A stretch of DNA of 64,000 nt from an uncultured Lachnospiraceae bacterium (GCA_945833775.1 CAMAGI010000003.1:1334-65333), one strand, 5' to 3'; positions 26,409 to 36,669 are shown, counted from the first letter of the stretch. Notes: generated from the sequence alone by a model not told the origin. Numbers and translations: made by a program.

Positions 26409-28055
26409 TCAGTCCTTATCTACATACCATCCGGCATTATTTAAGGCGTGAGGATAGCCAAAAATGCGACATATCTGTTCATACCATTCCAGTTGCTTCC
26501 CATCTTCAGAGTATCTCCACCCCTTTCCGTAAGGTTGGTCTCCGATATATTGCGTCCAGCAATCAGGATGCATCTCATTAAAGCGTTGCTGTTCCTCAGC
26601 AGGGATTCTTGCAGAAGGAGATACGGCGCAAAGATGTGTCAACGGGATGCTGTCAACAGGGGCCAAGTCAGTAACGTGCGTATAGCTGATATTTAACATT
26701 TCCAGAGCATCACAGGATGCGATTGGCGAAAGATCATCGATATAACTGCAATATGCAATTTCAAGCACTTTTAGTTTCTTGCAGTTGGCAAATGGAGTTA
26801 AGTCCTTGATCGGCGCACCGGACACTATTGCGACTTCCAAGTCTGGCATTCCCTCAATAAAGGGGACGGCATCCAGGTATTCATTGTGTCCAATATCCAG
26901 GTATTTGACATCTTCGCAGTAAATCAGGTTCTGGCAATTATCGTCCACCAAGTCGTATGTTGAACGAATCACCTCTACGTCAGTTAATGTGCTTCCGCGT
27001 CCAAAATTAACGCGCCACACGACCTTGGTTTTGTTTCGGTAATCCTCCCGGATTTTCACCATAATCTCATTGGAAATTTGACAATTATCCAAAACAAAAC
27101 GATCACAGTCTTGCATCAAATCCAATGCCTGGCGAACTTCGTTCTCTCCATCATTTCCAATCGTCTTGTTCTTGACATATACTTCTTTCGCATCCGTTGC
27201 AATGACTTCGCCGTAAAAATCAAAGCAGTAGTGAAAAGCCGCTTTTGGAGAAGCCGCCATCAATGACAGGACATTCTCTACTGCCAGGTTGGATTTCCCG
27301 TCAGCGTCTGCCAATTCTACGGTTTTGAGATTTGGTAATAACGCAAGCTTGCCGCAAATAGTTTGCGTATCCGCTGAACGCATGGCGGACAAATCAAGAG
27401 CAACTGTATCTTCATTGTATAGCTGTCCCAAGATATCGACCGAATACATCATGGCAATGCCCGGAAAAGCTGTTTGCAAATCACTGAGCTGCTCTATAGT
27501 GAGGTTTATGCCTTCGAACTGGATGGATTTCAGTTGAGGCATGTATTTTAGATTCAACGTCATGGTTGAATACTCATAATCACCGGAGTTTAATGTCAAC
27601 TCAGTGGCATCCGCAGGAAATGCAGTTCCGCCAAGAGAAACCCTGTAATCGATTGTTAATTCGGGCCGCTGTGCTTTCAATAATTCCAGTTCGGCGTAAT
27701 TCTGACAGGCAGAAGTGTCGATTCGTTCGAGTTTGGGGAAGTATGAGGTCAGGATAGAAATGTCCTCCTCTGTAAGTTCCTTGATTGCCAGAGATGTGGA
27801 ATCGCTGGAAACCTGCTCTCCTTGGAATGGCACCATCCACAATATCTCGCAATCAGGCAACTGCTCACAAAGCCTATTGAATTCATCAAAAGAAATCTTT
27901 TCTTCGCGCAAATCAATTTTTTGAGAGTTAATAGGATATGTATTTTCTCCAACGAAAACGTGATTGCTTTGATACCAATGATATCCAAAAATGCCCGAAA
28001 TAACTAAGCATAAGAGTAATACTATTGATACTGATATGAGAACAATTTTCTTCAT
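26409..28055 (-). CDS. Membrane-anchored leucine-rich-repeat protein
   Basis: N-terminal TM; LRR-like units (LKVLEIAYCSYIDDLSPI, LEMLNISYTHVTDLAP). Confidence 0.8.
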   Translation of the reverse strand: MKKIVLISVSIVLLLCLVISGIFGYHWYQSNHVFVGENTYPINSQKIDLREEKISFDEFNRLCEQLPDCEILWMVPFQGEQVSSDSTSLAIKELTEEDISILTSYFPKLERIDTSACQNYAELELLKAQRPELTIDYRVSLGGTAFPADATELTLNSGDYEYSTMTLNLKYMPQLKSIQFEGINLTIEQLSDLQTAFPGIAMMYSVDILGQLYNEDTVALDLSAMRSADTQTICGKLALLPNLKTVELADADGKSNLAVENVLSLMAASPKAAFHYCFDFYGEVIATDAKEVYVKNKTIGNDGENEVRQALDLMQDCDRFVLDNCQISNEIMVKIREDYRNKTKVVWRVNFGRGSTLTDVEVIRSTYDLVDDNCQNLIYCEDVKYLDIGHNEYLDAVPFIEGMPDLEVAIVSGAPIKDLTPFANCKKLKVLEIAYCSYIDDLSPIASCDALEMLNISYTHVTDLAPVDSIPLTHLCAVSPSARIPAEEQQRFNEMHPDCWTQYIGDQPYGKGWRYSEDGKQLEWYEQICRIFGYPHALNNAGWYVDKD

Positions 28056-28302
28056 CGCTATCACTCCCTCTTTATTGCATATTCTATACTTGTAGTAACG
28101 ATTCTGTCAAGTATGCCTAAAACCATAACCAGAATATCCGCATTAAATAATCTTTAAGTTTTCTTCTCTCTATTGATTTTGTTCCCTCGGTTAATATAAT
28201 GAAATTATGAATGGGGGAGAGGCATTATTGGATATCTGGCAGAAAACATCTGGCTTTTGTGAAAGCGGATTATGAATGAAACAAGAATGAGGAGGTCATA
28301 AC

Positions 28303-28785
28303 ATGAGAAAAGCCTTGGTGATCATATTCGTAATTTGCATAATTGCTTTACCCATATGTTCCGCCGTTGCCCAGTCAGATGATTATTTTGGCTTTCGTGA
28401 AAGAGACTTTTCTGTTGTTGCGGAACAGGATACGCATGGTGGCTTTCACGGAGATGGATCCTATTATTTAGTTTTAGACTGCTCCGGTAATACAGAAACT
28501 GCTTTAGAGCTTGTCAGCAGCTGGAACGCCTTGCCATTATCAGAAAATCTCGACTTGATTATGTTTGGCGGCGAAAAAGATGGAATGACTTACGGATATA
28601 ATCTATCTGAGAAAGCCCATATCCCAAGAATCGAAAACGGATATTATTACTTTATGGATAGGCATTCTGAAGCAATAGATCCATCCGATGATTCTTCACT
28701 GTTCAGCCGTGCTTCGTTTAATTTCACATTGGCCATGTATGACAGCAATACGAACGTCTTCTATTATTTTGAGTTTGATACATAG
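28303..28785 (+). CDS. Exported hypothetical protein
   Basis: RBS GAGGAGG; signal peptide; DTHGGFHGDG motif. Confidence 0.7.
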   Translation: MRKALVIIFVICIIALPICSAVAQSDDYFGFRERDFSVVAEQDTHGGFHGDGSYYLVLDCSGNTETALELVSSWNALPLSENLDLIMFGGEKDGMTYGYNLSEKAHIPRIENGYYYFMDRHSEAIDPSDDSSLFSRASFNFTLAMYDSNTNVFYYFEFDT

Positions 28786-28898
28786 CTTTCAAAAAGTATC
28801 TGAATGCCCATTTGGAGCAGAAATGCCTGTGAGAGCATACATATTCGGGGATTGACTATTTACTGTGGTTATACAAATCTGATTTGGTTGTGATTGAT

Positions 28899-29435
28899 GT
28901 GAAGAAAAAAGTCCTGCTGTCTATTGTTATCATTCTCCCTGTTGTTTTTGGGATAGCTATATATTTGATCATGCCAAGGTCATCGCAATACGCGACCTCG
29001 GAAGACTTCCTGCAAACCATAATAAAGAACGAGAATATTGCAGGAGAAATCAAAGAAGTTGGGAGAATAACTGACGACAGATCTATCCTAATATTTGCTG
29101 TAGAGGGAGACACAGAGCAGGAACGTTGTCCTTATGCAGCTGAATTCCTGATCACAAAGAGCGGAAATTATCAATTTGTAAAATCATATCCACTTTATGA
29201 ATATGCTTGGCAAATCTGGGGATGTAAGTGGAACAATGGCTACGCATTTATTTGTTTGAATTCTGACGCTGATTCACTTTGTGCTGAAGTTACCCCAAAA
29301 ACAGGATCAAAAAAGTACTCACAGATTTATATTGATGAAATCCCTTGGGCTTACCATTATTCTTTAGAAGATACAAATGGAGAATACCAATTATGCGTAA
29401 CGTTTTACGATCAAACTGGCAAGGAGATTAAATAA
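28899..29435 (+). CDS. Membrane-anchored hypothetical protein
   Basis: GTG start then KKKVLL and a TM helix; AT-rich. Confidence 0.6.
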   Translation: MKKKVLLSIVIILPVVFGIAIYLIMPRSSQYATSEDFLQTIIKNENIAGEIKEVGRITDDRSILIFAVEGDTEQERCPYAAEFLITKSGNYQFVKSYPLYEYAWQIWGCKWNNGYAFICLNSDADSLCAEVTPKTGSKKYSQIYIDEIPWAYHYSLEDTNGEYQLCVTFYDQTGKEIK

Positions 29436-29471
29436 AAGACATGCAGATACTCCACAAAATAGTCCTTAAGA

Positions 29472-29537
29472 GTAGAAACCGTTTACAGCCTTGCAAAGGT
29501 GCTGGGCTGCGCCATTGAGGACCTTATCGAGAAATAA
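29472..29537 (+). pseudogene. C-terminal remnant of an XRE HTH gene
   Basis: VETVYSLAKVLGCAIEDLIEK* with no matching start. Confidence 0.55.
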
Positions 29538-29760
29538 GTATTCAAAATACCCTCCCGGACACCATAATGATTGAAGAAGAAAGCGTAATTAGATTGAAAC
29601 CTAGCGAAATATTGCCGTCTGCTGGATTTAACAGTCCAGCAGACGGCTGATTTATTATTCTAATTTCATTCCAGCAATATATATGGGAATGAACATTCCT
29701 CCAAGCAACAGGGCAAACTCACAAACCCTTGGGGTGTTAATTATACGGACAAGAAAAAAT

Positions 29761-29804
29761 AGAGCCGATAACCGCAATACATCGTTTGCGGTGTTATCGG
29801 CTCT
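29761..29804 (-). terminator. Intrinsic terminator for the minus-strand genes
   Basis: AGAGCCGATAAC...GTTATCGGCTCT with an adjacent A-tract on the + strand. Confidence 0.65.
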
Positions 29805-29881
29805 ACGTTATTCGTCTGGCTTCGTGTATGTGTATGTAAGTGTATTCTCAGGTTGATTGCATGAGAGGTGTATTTGGAGAT

Positions 29882-30316
29882 CTATTTATTCTCTGCATTG
29901 CATGAGTTATAAAAAACTAATAATCTATCATAGGAAGATCGGTGCAATGGATCATCCGCAATATTTTCAAGCGCCGCAATTAGTTGTTCCATTTCATTAT
30001 TAAGCCATTGTGGGTGATTAAGAAGAACCTGATATACAGCCATTAAAGATTGTCTTTCTTTGTATATATCTGTATCCTCGCCTATGGTGAGTATGGAATT
30101 TACTGCCGCGCCGTAACTTGCTACTGCCCTCCAGTAATCTGACTCATCGTTTGTGTTCTGATACACTGAAAAACCTTGTGTGGCATTTCCAATCAAGTCA
30201 GTATAAGATATGATAAAAGCCTGCTTGTGTTTGCAAAGTTGGGAAATGAAAACCGCGAATAGTACTAGGCAAACAACAAATACGATCTTGCTCGTCAGTT
30301 CAGATTTGTTTTTCAT
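29882..30316 (-). CDS. Membrane-anchored hypothetical protein
   Basis: N-terminal TM; RBS GGGAG. Confidence 0.6.
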   Translation of the reverse strand: MKNKSELTSKIVFVVCLVLFAVFISQLCKHKQAFIISYTDLIGNATQGFSVYQNTNDESDYWRAVASYGAAVNSILTIGEDTDIYKERQSLMAVYQVLLNHPQWLNNEMEQLIAALENIADDPLHRSSYDRLLVFYNSCNAENK

Positions 30317-30353
30317 CTAAGATTCTCCCATCCGACCAATGCAGTAGCCGATA

Positions 30354-30722
30354 TTATTGTGAAGTAACCTTTGCCCTGAACTCTGCATATCCACTTTCGT
30401 ACTTCAGGTAGATTGAAGAGGAATTGTCTGATGCATAGATTTCTTGACCGACATCTACACGGCTCCCGCACCAATCAACGGAAGGTTCTTTGTCGTTATC
30501 TACCTCTTTCACATCTCCAACCAACTCGTAGCCATCGGGAAGGGGACTGTCAAACCCATTTGCAGCGTAGTAGTAAATAACTCCATTATACATTACCTGC
30601 TGACGCTGAACCTGTCCAGAAGGATAACCAGTCGGAGTGAGATCTTCACCGTTGGTTTTATTACACCCAACCAGACCCAATAAACAAACAATGGTCAAGG
30701 TGATTGCGATTATCTTTTTCAT
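30354..30722 (-). CDS. Small lipoprotein
   Basis: RBS AAAGGAG; lipobox LVGC. Confidence 0.7.
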   Translation of the reverse strand: MKKIIAITLTIVCLLGLVGCNKTNGEDLTPTGYPSGQVQRQQVMYNGVIYYYAANGFDSPLPDGYELVGDVKEVDNDKEPSVDWCGSRVDVGQEIYASDNSSSIYLKYESGYAEFRAKVTSQ

Positions 30723-30854
30723 AAAAACACACTCCTTTGTCAAATTGGGATTACTTTTCTTTTACAACGCAACCAACGAGTGCGAGAACAAAGCCGATTG
30801 CTGTTCCGTTTAGCGAAAAATTATTTATCTTCCTGATTTAGAAAAAGTCGTATT

Positions 30855-32963
30855 TTATCGCATGATCCAAGCGTTAACAGTTGGCACGATTGCTTGAAAC
30901 CGGGCGAATACATTGTATAGTTCTCGTTCCGGCAGTGGGGAATCCATACAACCGATTTCAATTGTGATTGACGGGATCTCCAACTCGTCTATGGCCCAAT
31001 CTTTGAATCCTGCCCCATCTGTTCCGTCGTTTTCTTCCAGAGAATAGCCTGTTATTCTTTCCACGAACCGGGCAAGAGACTTGGATTGTTGGTTGACTTC
31101 CTGTTTATCCCCGTACTGATAATAGATTACGCTTCCGTGGGAGTGCAGGCTGATTGTGGCGTCAAAATCAAACGCCAGTGTATAATCCCGCAATGCCTTG
31201 CTTTCTGCCGCCGAAAAGGGGGCTGTGCCACGGTATTGTTCCGAAGATGGAGATTTTCGCTGACCGCTGTTATCCCAGCCGGAGGGGAAATTTCGATTGA
31301 GATCAATGCCCTTGGCATTTGCCTTCCATACTCTGGCATAAGCTGCGCTGTCCAATCCTGTGTAGCCAAATGCCTTGTCGTTTTCATAAATCGTCCGTTG
31401 CGCTTTTCCTAATTCTTCACTTTGGGAAATGATGACACCATCCGGATTTACCATGGGGAGGATATGGAAACACACAGTTCCGGAATGAAAATAGTGCTGA
31501 GATAAAGAATAATCGGCGATTGCCATAGATAACCATGCGGTTAGGTGTTCCCGTCCGTGTATCGCACCTTGCAGCAAAACATGATGTTTGGCATCCGGGT
31601 TTCCGATCTGCAATACAAGGATTTCCCGTCCTTCTTCACTTTTCCCAATCACGCTGCAAGTGACGATGTCTGGATATAAGGCTTGAATCCGGGCAATATC
31701 TTCTGCCATCTGTTCATAGGAATACTGGGCAGTAGGGTTTACTACGGTTAAGCAGTCAGGAAAATAGGTATCACTTTCCGGTTTTATGTAATTTGCGAGA
31801 ACATAGCCCTTGGTGCCCTGATAGGACACCAAGGCGTATTTCCCGTACCATTTTTCAAAAGTGATTTTTTCTCCAACTGGTATTTTGGTAAGGACGGTTG
31901 TTCCTCCCGGGGAAGAACGCAGACTGATAAATTCATCACAGTTCGGCGTCCAGGAAGTCGTTGCGGCGGGAAGGCTGCCAACTGGCTGAATATATCCCGC
32001 CGCCACATAGCCACGAAGCCCATTGTAATCCACCAGAGCAAACCCGTCTGACCAACCAAGCATCGTAAACTGATCATGGACAGGGATTTGTGCGATGGAT
32101 TCCGAGGAGGCATTTGGCTCCGTCCGCAGATTGATGTATTCGTTGCAATCTGCGTACCAGGTGGAAATGACGGAAGGATCGAAGCATTCTTCCGGCGGAT
32201 ACTCTGTTTCATCGGAGAAGTGCCACCATTCTTTCCGATACCCAGAGAATCCATGTTTCTCCATTGTTTCTTGAAGCAGTAAGGCATTTTCTGCTGCAGC
32301 AGAGCTGCAATCGGAATAATCCCGGTCTGCCAGGGCAGAGAAATCATCAAAGCTGCTCGGCATTTCCAATTCATTTCCCTGGGCATCCACCAAGGTAATA
32401 TCCACGGTATTGCCCCGGCTGTGAGAACTGTATTTTACATTGGGGTCTGAAACAAAATTGGGGTCAGGATAAGCCTCCCATAACTTGAACTGTGCCGCAG
32501 GCGGACGAAAGGCATCCCAAATTTTCAGATATAAATCTCGTTCTGCCAATGCTTCAGCGACTGCTATCAGCTTTTTTACGGTTCCATACCGCAAATAGGC
32601 ATCCTGGAAATCATAGATGACCTGCCCGGTAAAATTATCTGCTGTTGCATATTTTAACTCCACCACAATTTCTGGGATAAAATCCGTGACCTTCACAAAA
32701 TCGCTGTCACTTAGCTGCGGCTCTGGCAAGGGTGGCTCCGTTGGCGGTGGGGGAGTTTCTGTTGGTTGTTGTATTTGCACAGTTTCTGTTGGGATTGGAT
32801 GCGTTTCTGTTGAGAATGTAGGCGGATCTGTTTCACTATTTGAAGTAGATTGTGTGGGTTGCGTGGAATCACCCGCTCCCGATCCGACAAGAAATATGTC
32901 TTTACATCCGCAAAGAGAACCCAAACATATAAACAATAGTATGATACTAATGATCTTTTTCAT
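30855..32963 (-). CDS. Lipoprotein fusion: M15D (VanX-like) D-Ala-D-Ala dipeptidase + two SH3b domains + M14 zinc peptidase
   Basis: Lipobox LCGC; SSHSRGNTVD and EWWHF; INLRTEP and ISLRSSP SH3b units; HGRE, DLNRNF and SLHS. Confidence 0.85.
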   Translation of the reverse strand: MKKIISIILLFICLGSLCGCKDIFLVGSGAGDSTQPTQSTSNSETDPPTFSTETHPIPTETVQIQQPTETPPPPTEPPLPEPQLSDSDFVKVTDFIPEIVVELKYATADNFTGQVIYDFQDAYLRYGTVKKLIAVAEALAERDLYLKIWDAFRPPAAQFKLWEAYPDPNFVSDPNVKYSSHSRGNTVDITLVDAQGNELEMPSSFDDFSALADRDYSDCSSAAAENALLLQETMEKHGFSGYRKEWWHFSDETEYPPEECFDPSVISTWYADCNEYINLRTEPNASSESIAQIPVHDQFTMLGWSDGFALVDYNGLRGYVAAGYIQPVGSLPAATTSWTPNCDEFISLRSSPGGTTVLTKIPVGEKITFEKWYGKYALVSYQGTKGYVLANYIKPESDTYFPDCLTVVNPTAQYSYEQMAEDIARIQALYPDIVTCSVIGKSEEGREILVLQIGNPDAKHHVLLQGAIHGREHLTAWLSMAIADYSLSQHYFHSGTVCFHILPMVNPDGVIISQSEELGKAQRTIYENDKAFGYTGLDSAAYARVWKANAKGIDLNRNFPSGWDNSGQRKSPSSEQYRGTAPFSAAESKALRDYTLAFDFDATISLHSHGSVIYYQYGDKQEVNQQSKSLARFVERITGYSLEENDGTDGAGFKDWAIDELEIPSITIEIGCMDSPLPERELYNVFARFQAIVPTVNAWIMR

Positions 32964-33038
32964 ATAGCTCTTCATAGTCAGTATCTCCGTCGTGCGGTTA
33001 CTTTTTGCGTATTTCCTTAGCATAGTCTGTCAGACACT

Positions 33039-34796
33039 TTACTGCGGAAAATATGAGCATAAAATTTCTTGTATATTTTCTTTTTCTTCCTCCGTCACAG
33101 ATAAATATCGTCCATTTTCCGTATCCCAAAATGTACCGCAATCTCCATGATACATATACATGGAACCGTTCAAGATGATTTTATAGTCCATATCGCAGGC
33201 AGGAGTTTCTTCTGTAATCCAGTTTCCATTATCAATAATACCGGCAAGGTAGCGAGCATCTTCTTCTGATGCAGTTTTACTATCTGCAGCAAAACACCAA
33301 CTAATGGTCAACTTAACTTGAGTGGTGGGGATTCTGGTTCCCTCCCTCAGCAGTTCATATACATAGTAATCGGTTGATATTTCGCTGGAATCCGTTCTGA
33401 CAACAATTTTATCATTGTCAAACCAATATGCACTGTGTTCGTTGACTGCGTTGTTATTTTCCCGTGAGAACTGAATACACACCTTGCGGTCAAAATCCAG
33501 AACACCAATATAATCAAATACATTTCCTGTCTTTTCACCGAAGATCAGCAGTTTACGGCCATCAGGACTTGGAACACCGCCGATATACGGGAAACTGCCA
33601 GGCCATTCAAAATCCGGAATCTCGGTGGTTGTGCCGTTCTCCAGATCAACGATATAGGTGTTCCGGGCCGAATCCACTTGAACTGCAAAGCAGCTTCCGG
33701 CATACATATTTCCCGTTGCAAAGGGGGTGTTGAATCCCAGGAACAGGGTTTCCCGGTCAGAGGGAATCATCATTTCCTTTTTCTCAAAGGTACTTAAATC
33801 AATCGACCATGCCCGGTATTTTCCAAAGGAACCGGATTCAGAAGCTTCATCCTCGTTACGCCAGCACACAAGAGAATCGTTGACCAGAGTACAATCGGTA
33901 ATCGACTCCCCGGAAAGCCCGGTCACATTATAAAGTTTCTTTGAGATCAAATCTATATAGTACACGGTCTGTTCCTCGGTAATGAACAGCATCTTGGTCT
34001 GATCTTTCGATGTAGCAGCCTTCAAAATACCCTCGATATTTTCAGCACCTGTCCCGGCGAGTACATCTGTTACGGCTCCGGTTTTCAGATTCAGAAATGC
34101 AGGGTAATTGGTAAACCGATAACCTTCCTCGTCATTTTGTGTCCAGCAATAGAACAACACCAATGTTTTCTCAGGAGAACCGGCAAAATCATCGATGAAA
34201 TACTGTGCGCTTGGCTCCATATAGGTAATGATTGTTCTGCCATTTACATCCGTCCATTCAAAATCTGTCTGGAATGTAAATCCATTGACCTCTAATGTTT
34301 TATTGAAGTGATGTGTTTCCTGTGTGATGAGTTCACCATTTTCTTCCCGATACGCATCGTAATGGCTGCCTTGTTTCATTTGTTCTTCATCTGTGCAAAT
34401 CAGAAATACACCCGCTTCGGCATAGCTTGCAATCGGTGTATGAAGATAGATCCCCTCAATTACGCCGCCAATATTGGTTTTTGTATCATCCACAACCATG
34501 TCATCCGGGGTAAGTACATGATCTGTTTCATGCTCGGGCACGACCTCTGGCTGTTCAATTCCAAAGAATGAAAAAACAGCTTCTCTAAATTCCGGACTTG
34601 CTGCCATAGCAACGGTAAAAGACCCCATGAGCATCATAATAGCGGCAACCAGTACAATCATCGATCTTTTCAGAGAACGCCGGGGACGTTTCTGAATTTC
34701 TTCGCAATGCTGGTACTTCATCAGTTTCTGTTGTGCAGATGAAATAAATCGATCATCAATACCACCGATGGCATCCAATAGGATTTGATTATTCAT
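33039..34796 (-). CDS. Putative anti-sigma factor with large extracellular region
   Basis: MNNQILLDAIGGIDDRFISSA; TM helix; overlaps the sigma stop. Confidence 0.7.
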   Translation of the reverse strand: MNNQILLDAIGGIDDRFISSAQQKLMKYQHCEEIQKRPRRSLKRSMIVLVAAIMMLMGSFTVAMAASPEFREAVFSFFGIEQPEVVPEHETDHVLTPDDMVVDDTKTNIGGVIEGIYLHTPIASYAEAGVFLICTDEEQMKQGSHYDAYREENGELITQETHHFNKTLEVNGFTFQTDFEWTDVNGRTIITYMEPSAQYFIDDFAGSPEKTLVLFYCWTQNDEEGYRFTNYPAFLNLKTGAVTDVLAGTGAENIEGILKAATSKDQTKMLFITEEQTVYYIDLISKKLYNVTGLSGESITDCTLVNDSLVCWRNEDEASESGSFGKYRAWSIDLSTFEKKEMMIPSDRETLFLGFNTPFATGNMYAGSCFAVQVDSARNTYIVDLENGTTTEIPDFEWPGSFPYIGGVPSPDGRKLLIFGEKTGNVFDYIGVLDFDRKVCIQFSRENNNAVNEHSAYWFDNDKIVVRTDSSEISTDYYVYELLREGTRIPTTQVKLTISWCFAADSKTASEEDARYLAGIIDNGNWITEETPACDMDYKIILNGSMYMYHGDCGTFWDTENGRYLSVTEEEKENIQEILCSYFPQ

Positions 34797-35352
34797 TGAT
34801 ATACCCCTCCTTCTGCAAATAGGTTTGGAGCTTCTTGCGGGTACGGAACAACGTGGTTTTTGTTTTGCTTTCACCGATGGCAAAGCTACCCGCAATTTCT
34901 TTTACCGACGCAAGAAACCAGTACCGACTCACAAATATATCTCGTTCTGTATCTGGCAGTGTCTGCAAAAAACGATTGATAGCCTGTGTTAGTTCACGCA
35001 GTTCTATGATTTGTTCTACGCTCTGATTTGAAGCAACGCAGTCCTCCAATTCTTCAAGGGCCAGGGTAATCTCTCCTCCACCTCGCTTTTCTGCGGTCTT
35101 AGTTCTCCACCTATCAATGGAAAGTTGTCGTGTGATTTTTCCCAAGAAAGTCGAAAGAATAGACGGGCGATGGGGTGGCATTGCGTTCCACGCGTCCATA
35201 TATGTATCATTCACACTTTCGTCGGCATCCTCCGCATTTAACAAAATGTTATAGGCAATGGAATAACAGTATCTGCCGTATTTATGCGCCGTTTCTGAAA
35301 TGGCCCGTTCTGATCTTGCCCAATATAAATCAACAATCTGTTTATCTTCCAT
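34789..35352 (-). CDS. ECF sigma-70 factor
   Basis: MEDKQIVDLYWARSERAI, DADESVNDTY, IFVSRYWFL...TLFRTRKKL. Confidence 0.9.
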   Translation of the reverse strand: MEDKQIVDLYWARSERAISETAHKYGRYCYSIAYNILLNAEDADESVNDTYMDAWNAMPPHRPSILSTFLGKITRQLSIDRWRTKTAEKRGGGEITLALEELEDCVASNQSVEQIIELRELTQAINRFLQTLPDTERDIFVSRYWFLASVKEIAGSFAIGESKTKTTLFRTRKKLQTYLQKEGYINE

Positions 35353-35616
35353 TCTGATACCTCCTGTATCTGAAATTGTTCTTCAACCATATACCCGAAG
35401 TTTTTTCGAATTGGTTACATTTTTTGATTCAGTTTCAATTTGACTTTGCTATTTTTCCTATATTTTACTTTGTTATGGTCACTTGCGCAACAAAGCAAGG
35501 CAGAAATTAAGATACATTTAAATATACACAGAATACTATTGCATGAAAGAAAAATGCTTTCCCTCCTTGGGCCAATATGATAGAATGAAGAAAAATGGAG
35601 AGAGAGGGAATCATAC

Positions 35617-36129
35617 ATGGCAAGAAAATCCACCAAAGAGAATAAAAATATCTATCAACTTACCCGGGAAGGGATGGATCTGACCCGGGAGGAAGCGTCT
35701 GATCTGCTTATCACCATGTCACCCGAGCGTATCGAGAAGATCGAAAGTGAGCGTTCCATGCCCCATCCCGATGAGGTACTGCTGATGTCCGATGCGTACA
35801 AGCAGCCAAACCTGTGTAATTTCTACTGCGCCAACCAATGCCCCATCGGGCAGCAGTATGTGCCAGAGGTGAAGATCAAGGACCTGTCCCAGATCGTGCT
35901 GGAGACGTTGGCTTCCCTGAACACCATGCAGCAAAAGAAGGACCGCCTGATTGAGATTACGGTGGACGGCCACATCTCCGGCGATGAACTGGCAGACTTT
36001 GTCCATATCCAGGAGGAATTGGAGAAAATCTCTGTTGCGGTGGAGACGCTACAGCTCTGGTGCGAACGGATGCTGGACATCGGCGCCATCGACCGGGAGC
36101 AGTATGAGGCGTATAAGACCCAGCGATAA
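35617..36129 (+). CDS. XRE-like HTH transcriptional regulator
   Basis: TREEAS...IEKIESERSMPHPDEV; CNFYCANQC motif. Confidence 0.75.
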   Translation: MARKSTKENKNIYQLTREGMDLTREEASDLLITMSPERIEKIESERSMPHPDEVLLMSDAYKQPNLCNFYCANQCPIGQQYVPEVKIKDLSQIVLETLASLNTMQQKKDRLIEITVDGHISGDELADFVHIQEELEKISVAVETLQLWCERMLDIGAIDREQYEAYKTQR

Positions 36130-36234
36130 TTCTCCGCCTGCGGAAAGAATCGGTCGCCTAATTTGCGGATTTCGTTATTTATTTCTTCCGGAATTGTCGG
36201 TACAATATCTCCATAACAGGAGGGAGTGATGCGG

Positions 36235-36384
36235 ATGACCGCAAAAGAAAGGATTCTGATGATTCGGTTGATGGAGAAGCTGGAAAAGCACCCCGCATAC
36301 GCCAAAGCACTGGGTATTGAGGCCGCCGGTGCGCAAGAATATCAGAACATAGAATCTGACCCAAAGGGCCTCACAAATCCGTGA
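36235..36384 (+). CDS. Small hypothetical protein (49 aa, below the ORF-track cutoff)
   Basis: RBS AGGAGGGAG; MTAKERILMIRLMEKLEKHPAYAKALGIE; hairpin overlaps its 3' end. Confidence 0.5.
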   Translation: MTAKERILMIRLMEKLEKHPAYAKALGIEAAGAQEYQNIESDPKGLTNP

Positions 36385-36422
36385 GACCCTTTGGCTTTTC
36401 GGAGGTAAAAGAAAGGATAGAA

Positions 36423-36647
36423 ATGTTTGAGTTATTGATTTTGATTGTTTTTGTGGGGCTACTGTTCAAGGGCATCGGCCTTGCGTTTAAGCTCACTTGG
36501 GGCGTGGCGAAGATTGCTGCCAGCATTCTGATGGTGCTTGCAATGCCTGCGCTGATTCTCTGCCTGGTGTTTGCGGGCGGCATCGTCCTGATCGTACCCC
36601 TGGCACTGATGGGCATTGCTGTTGGCATTCTGAAAGCATGTTTCTAA
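36423..36647 (+). CDS. Small membrane protein
   Basis: RBS AAAGGA; almost entirely hydrophobic. Confidence 0.7.
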   Translation: MFELLILIVFVGLLFKGIGLAFKLTWGVAKIAASILMVLAMPALILCLVFAGGIVLIVPLALMGIAVGILKACF

Positions 36648-36669
36648 ATTTTTTGAGGAGGAAAAGAGC

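Noticed and set aside
17753-32963. van glycopeptide-resistance cluster (VanZ, two-component system, VanX-like domain)
   Set aside because: The genes are scattered and there is no D-Ala-D-Lac/Ser ligase or VanH.
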